Assembly: GCA_037443035.1 (NCBI GenBank)
Contig: JBBIPC010000003.1
Location: 1,937 to 58,850, forward strand
Length of the DNA stretch: 56,914 nt
Origin: Chthonomonadales bacterium
GTDB lineage: Bacteria > Armatimonadota > Chthonomonadetes > Chthonomonadales > CAJBBX01
Direction: 5' to 3'
Shown here: in pieces, positions 29,275 to 38,625 of the stretch
Position numbering within the stretch: position 1 is the stretch's first letter
Layout of the letters: the number at the start of each line of letters is the position of its first letter
Notes under the pieces: model-generated
The model's input: only the letters and a program-made list of their open reading frames with translations
Database searches by the model: none
Told to the model about the DNA's origin: nothing
Made by a program: the position numbers and the translations under genes

Positions 29275-30357
29275 ATGCCGTACGGGCTTAGCATTCCGGC
29301 TGATGCCGCCTTCGATCTCATTTCCCTGGGCGGGCTGGTCCATCGCCTCGATCCGGGAGTCATCCCCTTCCGCAAAGCATCGTCGTGCACCATCCATGTG
29401 AGCGGCGGCGAGTTCAACGTCGCAGCCAACCTGGCCGACTGCTTCCGTCTCCGTACCGGCATTGTGACCGCCATGGTGGACTATCCCATCGGCGATCTCA
29501 TCGCTGAACGTGTGCGCGCCATGGGAGTCACCCCCTTCTACAAGAGGTTCCAGCACGACGGAGTGAGAGGCCCCAACATGGCGACAGTCTACAGCGACCG
29601 TGGGAAGGGGATTCGTGCTCCGGTGGTGTTCTACAATCGGAGCAACGAAGCGGCGGCGCTCCTGAGACCCGGTGACTTCGACTGGGATGCGATCTTCGCA
29701 GGCGGCGTGCGCTGGTTCCACAGCGGTGGCATCTTCGCAGCCCTGTCCTCGACAACACCGGAGGTCATCCTGGAAGGCATGGCGGCCGCCCGGAAGGCAG
29801 GTGCCGTCATCTCCTTCGACCTCAACTTCCGGAAGAAGCTCTGGGAGGTCGCTGGCGGACTGGAAACGGCGCAGGAGACGCTCAGGCGTATCGTGGCCAA
29901 TGTGGATGTCCTCGTGGGGAATGAAGAGGACTTGCAGCAGGGCCTTGGGATGCCCGGTCCGACGGTTACGGGCAAGTCGAAGCTCGACCCCGAGCCGTTC
30001 TTCTCCATGATAGACGGTGTCCTCGCGCGCTTCCCCCAGCTCAAGGTCGTGGCAACGACACTCCGGGAAGTCCATTCCGCCGACCGGCATGTCTGGAGCG
30101 CAGTCGCCTGGATTGATGGCAAGCGCTATCAGGCGCCCACGTGCGAGCTAGACGTCTACGACCGTGTCGGCGGAGGAGACGGGTTCGCGTCGGGGTTGTT
30201 CTACGGCCTCCTGACGGGCACAGATCCCGCAGAGGCAGTCACACTCGGATGGGCTCATGGTGCCCTGATCACCACGTATCCTGGCGATACGACCATGGCG
30301 ACGCTCGAACAGGTACGCGCCGTGGCCCGCGGTGCTTCGGCACGCATCGAGCGCTAG
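29275..30357 (+). CDS. kdgK: PfkB sugar kinase, 2-keto-3-deoxygluconate kinase-like
   Basis: AGGAGG RBS; GGEFNVA, SFDLNFR, GNEED, TLRE and DRVGGGDGF motifs. Confidence 0.75.
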   Translation: MPYGLSIPADAAFDLISLGGLVHRLDPGVIPFRKASSCTIHVSGGEFNVAANLADCFRLRTGIVTAMVDYPIGDLIAERVRAMGVTPFYKRFQHDGVRGPNMATVYSDRGKGIRAPVVFYNRSNEAAALLRPGDFDWDAIFAGGVRWFHSGGIFAALSSTTPEVILEGMAAARKAGAVISFDLNFRKKLWEVAGGLETAQETLRRIVANVDVLVGNEEDLQQGLGMPGPTVTGKSKLDPEPFFSMIDGVLARFPQLKVVATTLREVHSADRHVWSAVAWIDGKRYQAPTCELDVYDRVGGGDGFASGLFYGLLTGTDPAEAVTLGWAHGALITTYPGDTTMATLEQVRAVARGASARIER

Positions 30358-30416
30358 CTCGACATGCCAATGACGAAATCCGATTTCCCAAGCAAACCTC
30401 GGAAAGGGAGGATAAC

Positions 30417-31586
30417 ATGAGTGGAACCAACGATGTGGTGAAAGTCGGTGTCCTCGGCTACGGCGGCATCGGCAAGTTTCACCTGCAGGGCTGGCTCGCC
30501 CTGCGCGACAAGGGAGTCGAAGTGGCGGCAGTCTGCGACGCGGATCCCGCAAAGTGGTCCGTCGTGGAGAGCGTCTACACTGCAGCGGGCGTACCCGTGC
30601 CACCGAAGGACGGTTTTCTCTATCTGGACATGAAGGATTTCATCGCGAAGTCCGGGGTGGATTGCGTGAGCATCTGCCTGCCGAACTTCCTCCATGAGCC
30701 GGCAGCCGTAGCCTGCTTCGAGGCAGGGATGCACGTGCTTCTGGAGAAACCTGCGGCCAACACGCTCCAGGGTGCACGCAACATTCATGCGGCTTGGAGG
30801 AAGTCCGGCAAGGTCGGTGCAGCCCAGCTCAACAACAACTACACTCCTCTCTACGAGCTTGCCACGGATCTCATGCAACAGGGCACGTTCGGAGAGCTCC
30901 AGACCGTGGACGGTTGGTGGACACGGCGCAACGGCATTCCGTTCTATGGGGACTGGTTCGGTATCAAAGAGAAGAGCGGCGGCGGACCCGGCATAGACCT
31001 CATGCCCCACCTCCTCGGTTGGCTCCTTGGTGTCATGGACTGGCCGAAGGTGAACTGGCTCTCGGCCCGAACGTTCTCTAAGGCCGAGCCCGGCTGCCCG
31101 GGCTACGGTCCTTACGGCGGCGGAAAGAAGAACCCCAACGGCTTGTTCAACGTCGAGCGGCGTATCCAGGTCTACTCGCAGCTCACGAACGGCGTGACCA
31201 TGAACGTGAATGCTGCATGGGCCATGCACACCGACCTGGAGCGGATGGGCTTCCGCATCATCGGCAGCAAAGCCACACTCCTCGTCGAGCGAGTCTGGCC
31301 CATCAACGATGGCGATGACGCCAAAGCCGTTGACACCGCCGTGGTCTACACCACCGACCTGCAGGGCGGTAGGCCATGGAGCATGGATCGGAAGTTCAAT
31401 CCGGACACGGATCCCAGTACGCAAGATCCCTTCATGGGACGTACGAAAACCCAGCCGGAAGTCCTCGACTGCATCCGCACCGGCCGCATGCCGAAGACGA
31501 ACATTGACCAGCTCCTGCTCATACAGGAGATCATTGACGCGGCCTACAGGAGTGCGGACGCTGCCGGCGAACCCGTCAAGTTCTAA
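30417..31586 (+). CDS. Gfo/Idh/MocA oxidoreductase
   Basis: GGGAGG RBS before ATG 30417; GYGGIG, PNFLH, LEKP and SGGGPGIDLMPH motifs. Confidence 0.9.
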   Translation: MSGTNDVVKVGVLGYGGIGKFHLQGWLALRDKGVEVAAVCDADPAKWSVVESVYTAAGVPVPPKDGFLYLDMKDFIAKSGVDCVSICLPNFLHEPAAVACFEAGMHVLLEKPAANTLQGARNIHAAWRKSGKVGAAQLNNNYTPLYELATDLMQQGTFGELQTVDGWWTRRNGIPFYGDWFGIKEKSGGGPGIDLMPHLLGWLLGVMDWPKVNWLSARTFSKAEPGCPGYGPYGGGKKNPNGLFNVERRIQVYSQLTNGVTMNVNAAWAMHTDLERMGFRIIGSKATLLVERVWPINDGDDAKAVDTAVVYTTDLQGGRPWSMDRKFNPDTDPSTQDPFMGRTKTQPEVLDCIRTGRMPKTNIDQLLLIQEIIDAAYRSADAAGEPVKF

Positions 31587-31605
31587 CAGTTCCGAGCGGC
31601 GCTAC

Positions 31606-31650
31606 GTTGCGCAGGGGATCGCATGACGTGAGACGATCCCCTGCGCCTAC
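31606..31650. repeat. REP-like palindrome / stem-loop
   Basis: Perfect 13-bp arms GCGCAGGGGATCG (31609-31621) and CGATCCCCTGCGC (31634-31646), followed by CTAC. Confidence 0.6.
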
Positions 31651-31710
31651 GCTGGGCGCTGCTTGCTTGCACCTATCTATGGACGTCAGTCTGTCCGACA
31701 TAAGGAATGG

Positions 31711-32511
31711 ATGATGAAACTCGGTGTGATCCACTACAACTTCCCCCAGTTCTCGTTCGACCAGTTTCTCGACTACTGCCCGGAAGCGGGGTTCGAGTAT
31801 GTCGAGCTGCAGATCGGTGATGTCTGGCGTCAGGGTGCCGATGACCCCGAAGCCGAAGCCGAGAAGGTCCTCCAGAAAGTTCGAGCGCGCGGTCTCCATG
31901 TCTCGGCTCTCGCCGCCGGCAACGACTTTGTCGTTCTGGATCCCGACGCCATACGCGCTCAGGTCGAGAGGATGAAACAAGTCATTCGCCTCGCCAACGT
32001 TCTTCAGTGCCATGTCATCCGCACCGAAGGCGGAAGCCCGAAGGAGACCGTACCCGAGAGCCGCTGGGTGGATGCCATGGCGGGCTGCCTAGTGCGGTTG
32101 GTGGAGTACGCGGAAGAGAAGGACGTAGTCTTCGCCGTGGACAACCACGGGTATTGCACCAACGATGGTGACCGGCAACTAGCGCTCATCGAGGCCGTCG
32201 GTTCCCCCCGCGTTGGTGTGAACCTGGACACGATGAACTATCGCTGGTTCGGGCACGACATCTCCACAATCAACCGCTACTACGAGATCCTCGCGCCCCA
32301 CACCTTCCATACACACCTGAAGGACGGCTTCGGATCGCGAGAGAACTACCGCGGCGCCGTCCTGGGCGAAGGCGAGATCGACCTCATGCACGCGGTGCGG
32401 TGCTTGAAAGCCGCGGGTTACGACGGCGTGTGGTGTGTGGAGTACGAAGGCCCGCCGCCTACCGACGTGGGCTACCGCAAGTGCGGCGAGTGGGTTCGCG
32501 CCAACGTGTAG
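31711..32511 (+). CDS. Sugar phosphate isomerase/epimerase (AP endonuclease 2 TIM barrel)
   Basis: AAGGA RBS; VDNHG, NLDTMN, HTHLKD, GEGEID and VEYEG motifs. Confidence 0.88.
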   Translation: MMKLGVIHYNFPQFSFDQFLDYCPEAGFEYVELQIGDVWRQGADDPEAEAEKVLQKVRARGLHVSALAAGNDFVVLDPDAIRAQVERMKQVIRLANVLQCHVIRTEGGSPKETVPESRWVDAMAGCLVRLVEYAEEKDVVFAVDNHGYCTNDGDRQLALIEAVGSPRVGVNLDTMNYRWFGHDISTINRYYEILAPHTFHTHLKDGFGSRENYRGAVLGEGEIDLMHAVRCLKAAGYDGVWCVEYEGPPPTDVGYRKCGEWVRANV

Positions 32512-32520
32512 TCCTGCGCC

Positions 32521-33480
32521 ATGAGTACAGAGGGGCAGTGCCGCTCCAGCGAACCAGCGTGGCTGAGGGCCTTCGACCAGTGGGAGGTGGCTGCCGAACC
32601 CGATCGTGATGCGCCGGAATGGTGGGCGGGAGCACCTTCCGTGGTCCGGGATGAGGACGGCGCTTTCTGGATGGCTGCTCGAATGCGCACTGCTGAGGCT
32701 CCACTCGGCTTGCGAGGCTACGAGATCCGTATCTACCGCAGCGACGACGGTGTCCGATTCCAGCCTGTCCACTCCATCCGCAGGGAAGATGTGCCCATCG
32801 CCGGGTTCGAACGGCCAGCGCTGGTCTACGTTCCCACGTCGGGTACGTTCCGCCTCTACGGCTGCGGACCCATCGACGGCCGGTGGTGCATTGTTCGCTT
32901 CGACGATGCTCACCTACCCGACAGGTTCGAGCCCTCATCGGCGAGGCCGGTGATCACGCCTGTAGCACCTTCTCCGGCCGGGCCCTCGTTGCCCACGGGT
33001 TACAAGGACCCGGTCGTGTTGTGGGCCGAGGGACAGTGGCACTGTTTCGTCATTGGCATTCTCGGCCTCGAACAGACGTTCCACTTCGTGAGCGAGAACG
33101 GTGAACAGTGGCAGCCATACGGGCATCCCGGGCGAACGGTGTTGCCACTGGCTGGCTGGCATGATTACGCTGTTCGTCCCGCCAGCGTTCTTCCCACCGG
33201 TGCGGGTTGGCTCTTCGTCTACGAAGGTTCCAGCGCAGCGTGGGACGATCCCGCCTACAACATCGCTACAGGCCTTGCCTACACCTTGGATCTGGTCGAC
33301 GTAACCGACTTGACCCCCAGCAAACCGCTGCTCGTCAGCCCAACCCCGGGCCGTCTCCACGTCTGGCGTTACTCCCAGTGGCTGAGGGTAGGCGACAGGA
33401 TTCACGTCTACGCCGAGGTCGAGAAGCACAACGGCGCCCATGAAATCCGCGTGTTCGGGTTGCCGTCTCTCATGACGTAG
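32521..33480 (+). CDS. Putative five-bladed beta-propeller glycosidase-like protein
   Basis: WAGAPS, Asp-box SDDGVRF, ERPAL, YKDPVV and YEG motifs. No signal peptide. Confidence 0.6.
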   Translation: MSTEGQCRSSEPAWLRAFDQWEVAAEPDRDAPEWWAGAPSVVRDEDGAFWMAARMRTAEAPLGLRGYEIRIYRSDDGVRFQPVHSIRREDVPIAGFERPALVYVPTSGTFRLYGCGPIDGRWCIVRFDDAHLPDRFEPSSARPVITPVAPSPAGPSLPTGYKDPVVLWAEGQWHCFVIGILGLEQTFHFVSENGEQWQPYGHPGRTVLPLAGWHDYAVRPASVLPTGAGWLFVYEGSSAAWDDPAYNIATGLAYTLDLVDVTDLTPSKPLLVSPTPGRLHVWRYSQWLRVGDRIHVYAEVEKHNGAHEIRVFGLPSLMT

Positions 33481-33521
33481 ACCCGGCACCATATCTACAC
33501 CTAACGAAGGCAAGAGAAGCT

Positions 33522-35024
33522 ATGTCCATCAAAGTCACCATTATCGGAGCCGGTAGCATCGGTTTCACGCGGGGGTGCGTCAGGGACATCCTCACCGTAC
33601 CGGAGCTTGCCGACACGCAGTTCGCGTTCACCGATATCAGTGAGCGCAACCTCGACATGGTCTACCGGCTCTGCAAGCGCGACATCGAAGCCAACGGTGT
33701 ACCAGCAATCGTGTATGCCACTACAGACCAGCGTGAAGCACTGAAGGACGCGGACTACGTCTTCTCCTTCATCCGAGTTGGTGGCCTCGAGGCCTTCGAG
33801 ACGGACATCGAGATCCCCCTGCAGTATGGTGTGGACCAGTGTGTGGGGGATACGCTCGGACCAGGCGGCATCATGTATGCGCAGCGGACCATTCCCGTTC
33901 TCCTGGACATCTGCAAGGATATCCGGGAGGTCGCCAAGCCAGATTGCCTTTTCATCAATCACTCCAATCCCATGGCCATGAACACGTGGGCGTGCGTCAA
34001 GTACGGGGGAGTGAGGATCGTCGGACTCTGCCATGGCGTCACAGGTGGCATCTGGCAGATTGCCAGGCTGTTGCACGCAAGACCAGATGAGTTGGACGTC
34101 ATCTGCGCCGGTATCAACCATCAGACCTGGTACATCTCCGTCAAACACAATGGTGTGGAGTACGCCACCAAGTTGCTCGATCTCTTCGAGGCGCATCCTG
34201 AGTTCAGCAAGACGGAGAAGGTACGCATAGACCTGATGCGGCGCTTCGGATACTACACCACGGAGTCCAACGGCCACTGCAGCGAATACGTGCCGTGGTA
34301 TCGCAAGCGGCCCGATGAGATCCATGAATGGATAGACCTCGGCTCGTGGATCAACGGCGAGACTGGCGGGTATCTGCGCGTTTGCAGGGAAGGACGGAAC
34401 TGGTTCGAACACGACTTCCCGAACTGGATGCAGGGGCCGCCCATGCGGTACGTCCCCCAGGAGCGAGGCCATGAGCACGGCAGTTACATCATCGAGAGCC
34501 TGGAGACTGGCAGGCCATACCGAGGCCACTTCAATGTGCGCAACGGAGGGTGTATCACCAACCTGCCTTCGGATGCCATCGTCGAGGTGCCTGGCTGCGT
34601 AGACGGCAGCGGCCTCAGCATTCCTATTGTCGGTGACCTTCCCATGGGCTGTGCTGCCGTGTGCAATGCCAGCATCAGCGTGCAACGTCTGGCAGTGGAA
34701 GCTGCTGTGAATGGCGACGACACCCTCCTCCGCCAGGCAATGCTCATGGACCCGCTGACTGGAGCGGTCTGCAACCCGCCTGAGGTGTGGCGCATGACGG
34801 ATGCCATGCTTGTCGCGCAGGCACAATGGCTCCCCCAGTACGGCACGGCGATCGAAGCGGCCCGCGCTAGGCTAGCGACGGCCCCGCCACCTCCTCGACC
34901 CAACTACCGTGGAGCAGCTCGCCTCGAGACACGCACAGTGGAGGATATGGAACGAGACCGCGCAGCGGCCGCCAAGCTTGGCGCCGAAGCCGACAAAGCG
35001 CGGGAACGACCTCCGGCCGCGTAG
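33522..35024 (+). CDS. melA: GH4 NAD+/Mn-dependent alpha-galactosidase
   Basis: IIGAGS, GDTLGPGG, NPMAMN, GLCHG, AGINH, TESNGH and VEVP motifs. Confidence 0.88.
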   Translation: MSIKVTIIGAGSIGFTRGCVRDILTVPELADTQFAFTDISERNLDMVYRLCKRDIEANGVPAIVYATTDQREALKDADYVFSFIRVGGLEAFETDIEIPLQYGVDQCVGDTLGPGGIMYAQRTIPVLLDICKDIREVAKPDCLFINHSNPMAMNTWACVKYGGVRIVGLCHGVTGGIWQIARLLHARPDELDVICAGINHQTWYISVKHNGVEYATKLLDLFEAHPEFSKTEKVRIDLMRRFGYYTTESNGHCSEYVPWYRKRPDEIHEWIDLGSWINGETGGYLRVCREGRNWFEHDFPNWMQGPPMRYVPQERGHEHGSYIIESLETGRPYRGHFNVRNGGCITNLPSDAIVEVPGCVDGSGLSIPIVGDLPMGCAAVCNASISVQRLAVEAAVNGDDTLLRQAMLMDPLTGAVCNPPEVWRMTDAMLVAQAQWLPQYGTAIEAARARLATAPPPPRPNYRGAARLETRTVEDMERDRAAAAKLGAEADKARERPPAA

Positions 35025-35076
35025 GGCCTCAGTGAACAGGGCACGTGCACTGCACGAGCCACGGTGCAAGTCGGTC

Positions 35077-35103
35077 AGGGGCGCCCTCTCCGAAGGCGCC
35101 CCT
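35077..35103. terminator. Likely bidirectional terminator between melA and rny
   Basis: AGGGGCGCC / GGCGCCCCT GC-rich stem between convergent stop codons. Confidence 0.65.
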
Positions 35104-35126
35104 TCACCATCAGCTAGCGATGTTGT

Positions 35127-36674
35127 CTAGCGCGCGTACTCGACCGCCCGGGTCTCGCGGATGACCGTCACCTTGATCTGACCCGGGTACTCCATCTCCT
35201 CCTCGATCCGGTGCGCCAGTTCTCTGGCCAGCTCCGCTGTGCCGAGATCATCAATCTGCTCCGGACGCACGATAAGCCGCACTTCGCGCCCCGCCTGAAC
35301 GGCATAGCCTTTCTCCACACCTGGAAACCTTTGGGCGATCTCCTCCAGCTTCCGCACGCGTCGCACATACGTCTCCAGGGTCTCCCGACGCGCACCTGGC
35401 CGGCTTGCCGAGATGGCGTCCGCACACATGATGAGAACGGCCTCCAGGGTGTCAGGTGATACCTCGTCGTGATGGCTCTCGACACACCGAACCACCTCGG
35501 GCTTCTCACCATGTTGCCGGAGAATATCAGCCCCAATCGACGCGTGGGCACCCTCTACCTCGTGGTCCACAGCCTTGCCGATGTCGTGCAGGAGTCCTGC
35601 CCTGCGCGCCAGCGTCACATTGCCGCCCAGCTCGCCAGCTAGAATGCCGGAGAGATGACTGACCTCGATGGAGTGTTTCAGCACGTTCTGGCCGTAGCTC
35701 GACCGGTACTTGAGCTGTCCGAGGAGTTTCACTAGCTCGTCCGAGATGCCCGTTAGCCCGGTCTCGAGAATCGCCTGCTCGCCAGCTTCCAGAATGCTCT
35801 GGCGGACTCGTTCCTCGGCACAGCGGATGGCCTCTTCGATGCGGCCAGGGTGGATTCGCCCGTCCAGGACGAGCTCGCTGAGGGCCAGCCGCGCAACTTC
35901 TCGGCGCACTGGATCGAATGCCGAGAGGACCACAGCTTCGGGCGTGTCGTCTATGACGAGGTCCACACCCGTCAGCGTTTCGAAGGTGCGGATATTGCGC
36001 CCTTCCCGGCCGATGATGCGCCCCTTCATCTCGTCGCTGGGCAGGGGCACAACAGACACGGTAGTTTCCGATGTCTGATCCACGGCGCACCGTTGTATGG
36101 CGAGGGCGATGATGTGACGTGCTCGCGCCTCTCCCTCGCGGCGGGCCTCCTCCTCTATCTCCTTGATGATCCTCGCCGCATCCTGACGTGTCGAATCCCG
36201 CACCTCCTGCAGCAGGAGCTCGCGTGCATCCTCTACCGTCATCCGGGCGACCCGCTGCAGCTCGACCCGCCGTTGCTTCACCAGTTCTGCCGCGTCGCGG
36301 TACGCCTCCTGTACGCCCGCTTCGCTCTTCTGGACCGCCTTCTCCCTCCGCTCTAGAGTCTCCAGTCGTCGGTCCAGCGTTTCTTCCTTCTGTGCCAGTT
36401 TTCGCTCTAACCTCTGTAGCTCAGCGCGCCTCTCGCGGTCTTCTTGCTCCACTTGTGCCTTCAGGCGAAACGCCTCGTCCTTCGCCTGTAGGAGCGCCTC
36501 CCGCTTCAGCGACTCTGCTTCTTTCCGTGCATCCTCGAGTAGCTTCTCGCTCTGGGTTCTGGCCTCCAGGGCCAACTGCTCGATCTTGCGCTTCTCTCCG
36601 CGCAGGTACCACAACATCGCCGCGCATGCCGCCGCGACGACGATAATGCAACTTACTAGGATTGTCTCCCCCAC
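35127..36674 (-). CDS. rny: Ribonuclease Y
   Basis: GTG 36674 after GGAGGTGAGG. TM anchor, coiled coil, KH domain (KGRIIGREGRNI), HD motif (LLHDIGK), DAISASRPGAR and YPGQIKVTVIRE. Confidence 0.97.
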   Translation of the reverse strand: MGETILVSCIIVVAAACAAMLWYLRGEKRKIEQLALEARTQSEKLLEDARKEAESLKREALLQAKDEAFRLKAQVEQEDRERRAELQRLERKLAQKEETLDRRLETLERREKAVQKSEAGVQEAYRDAAELVKQRRVELQRVARMTVEDARELLLQEVRDSTRQDAARIIKEIEEEARREGEARARHIIALAIQRCAVDQTSETTVSVVPLPSDEMKGRIIGREGRNIRTFETLTGVDLVIDDTPEAVVLSAFDPVRREVARLALSELVLDGRIHPGRIEEAIRCAEERVRQSILEAGEQAILETGLTGISDELVKLLGQLKYRSSYGQNVLKHSIEVSHLSGILAGELGGNVTLARRAGLLHDIGKAVDHEVEGAHASIGADILRQHGEKPEVVRCVESHHDEVSPDTLEAVLIMCADAISASRPGARRETLETYVRRVRKLEEIAQRFPGVEKGYAVQAGREVRLIVRPEQIDDLGTAELARELAHRIEEEMEYPGQIKVTVIRETRAVEYAR

Positions 36675-36746
36675 GCTTACCTCACCTCCTGTGTGATAGT
36701 GAGGTCGAGCGCTGGTCATTACTGGCTGGAAGGAAAGTCTTGGATC

Positions 36747-37223
36747 TTACGGTTCCTCTTTCGACCGTAACTCTAACAATACCTGCTCTATGGTATCCCA
36801 TGCATGCCCGCGGCGCAAGAGATATCCCGCAAGCCGCTGTCGCACCCTGGCATCTTCGATGTCTGCCGAGCCCAGGAACGCTTGCGCGAGGCTGCGAGCG
36901 TGACTGATCGCGTCTTCCTCGGCGATCGTCGCAAGTGCCTCGGCAATTACCTCGGACGGCACTCCCTTGCGTCGCAGCTCCGAGTCCAACCGTAGGCGAC
37001 CGAGCTTCCGGCTGCGGCTCCTGCTCTCTACCCACGCAAGCGCGAACGCCCGATCGTCCAACAGTCCCGCACGCACTAGGTCCGCGATGACCGCCTCCAC
37101 CGTCTTCGGGTCGAATCCCCCCCGTCGCAGGCGGCGCTCCACCTCTGCAACGGTCCTGGGCGCACGATCCACGAAGTCAGCCGCCACGGAACGTGCTGCG
37201 TCTTGGTCGTCTCGTTCGTTCAT
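36747..37223 (-). CDS. recX: Regulatory protein RecX
   Basis: RTVAEVERRL, GLLDDRAFA, ELRRKGV and YLLRRG motifs; lies upstream of rny. Confidence 0.9.
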   Translation of the reverse strand: MNERDDQDAARSVAADFVDRAPRTVAEVERRLRRGGFDPKTVEAVIADLVRAGLLDDRAFALAWVESRSRSRKLGRLRLDSELRRKGVPSEVIAEALATIAEEDAISHARSLAQAFLGSADIEDARVRQRLAGYLLRRGHAWDTIEQVLLELRSKEEP

Positions 37224-37341
37224 TGCTCGATCCAGACATTCGCGATAGACTACGCAGAATCCTCCGGTCGCAACGTCCAGAGCACGTCGCTTTACCGGGT
37301 AGCATAATGGGCTGTACGTGAGAGGGTGAGGGTATTACCGA

Positions 37342-38508
37342 GTGGAAATCCGTCGTCTGAGCGAAGCGGACAAGCCGAGCGCTTACTATCTGGCTTCGCT
37401 GGCATTCTCCCATGGTCGGCGCGCGATGGATTGGGCCGACGATCCGAACCAAGCCGACTTCGTTGGATACGGCGTCTGGGAGAATGGGAATCTCCATGCG
37501 CAGGTAGTCATCCTCGACTACCGAATCCACATGGGTCCAGAGGTCGTCGTCCCCATGGGCGGCATTGCGGGAGTGGCCTGCCTTCCTGCCTCGAGGGGGA
37601 GGGGCTACGTCCGTGCCGCCATGCTGCGTGCGCTGGAGCACATGCGCGACGCAGGTCAGGTTGTATCCATTCTGTTCCCCTTCAGTTTCGACTTCTATAG
37701 GCAGTTGGGGTGGGAATGGGTAGGTGTCGAGCGGCGGTACAGCGTGCCGTCCAACATCCTGAAGCGCGCAGACGAGACGGATCGCTGTCGGCAAGCCACG
37801 ACGGACGATCGTCCGGCTATTGCTAACCTCTACCGGCAGTTCAGCCAGTCCTACCGGGGGATGCTCGATCGTGACGAACGGCTCTGGTGTCGTCTTCTAG
37901 ACGATCGACCGGACTACTACACCGTCACATTCCTCTACGAAGGAACGCGAGGCATCGAAGGTTATCTGACCTATAGTGGCGGCAGTGGGGAATGCGTTGA
38001 CATCAGCGAGTTCATTTGCACGAGCAATGCCGCCCGCCGAGGGCTGCTCGGCCTCCTAAGGCGCATGAACATGCAGACACGACGGTTCGCCTGGTCCGCA
38101 CCTGAAGACGACCCGCTCTGGTATGTCTTCTGTCATCACGGCGTCGAAACACGCATCGCACCGGTCACGCAGGCACGGGTAGTGGATATTGGAAGAGCGC
38201 TGAATGCCTACAGGCCCTTCCTGGAAACGAAAGGTGCGTTCACGTTGCGCGTGGTAGATGAGCAGGCTCCGTGGAATGACGCCGTGTGGCGTGTGGAATT
38301 CGATGCAGAGTGTGTCCGTGCTGACCGTGCGTCCGCATCTCCACAGGTGACCCTGGACATCCGCTCCTTCACCCAACTCTACATGGGATCGGCCAACGCC
38401 TATACGATTGCGGAGAATGGAGACATGGAATTGCAGGACGATAAGATTCTGGAACCCCTGGCCACATTCTTCGCAGGCCCGTGCATGTGGATGAACGATC
38501 ACTTCTGA
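37342..38508 (+). CDS. Eis-like GNAT acetyltransferase with SCP2-like C-terminal domain
   Basis: MGGIAGVACLPASRGRG, LFPFSFDFYRQLGWE, ARVVD and DEQAPWN motifs. Confidence 0.9.
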   Translation: MEIRRLSEADKPSAYYLASLAFSHGRRAMDWADDPNQADFVGYGVWENGNLHAQVVILDYRIHMGPEVVVPMGGIAGVACLPASRGRGYVRAAMLRALEHMRDAGQVVSILFPFSFDFYRQLGWEWVGVERRYSVPSNILKRADETDRCRQATTDDRPAIANLYRQFSQSYRGMLDRDERLWCRLLDDRPDYYTVTFLYEGTRGIEGYLTYSGGSGECVDISEFICTSNAARRGLLGLLRRMNMQTRRFAWSAPEDDPLWYVFCHHGVETRIAPVTQARVVDIGRALNAYRPFLETKGAFTLRVVDEQAPWNDAVWRVEFDAECVRADRASASPQVTLDIRSFTQLYMGSANAYTIAENGDMELQDDKILEPLATFFAGPCMWMNDHF

Positions 38509-38625
38509 GAGCGACGGGTAGGTATTGCCCGCACGCGCGTCGAACTTGTCCAGGAGCGCTCTCACCAACAAGACGATACCCCCCGCCGGTCCTCACGAGA
38601 CCGGCCGGAGCAAGGAGCAAGACAG

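Noticed and set aside
30141..30416. N-terminal extensions in the ORF track (e.g. starts at 4088, 19482, 25280, 30141, 36719, 44085, 49686)
   Set aside because: They overlap neighbouring genes or lack an RBS; internal starts with a signal peptide, RBS or stop/start coupling were used instead.
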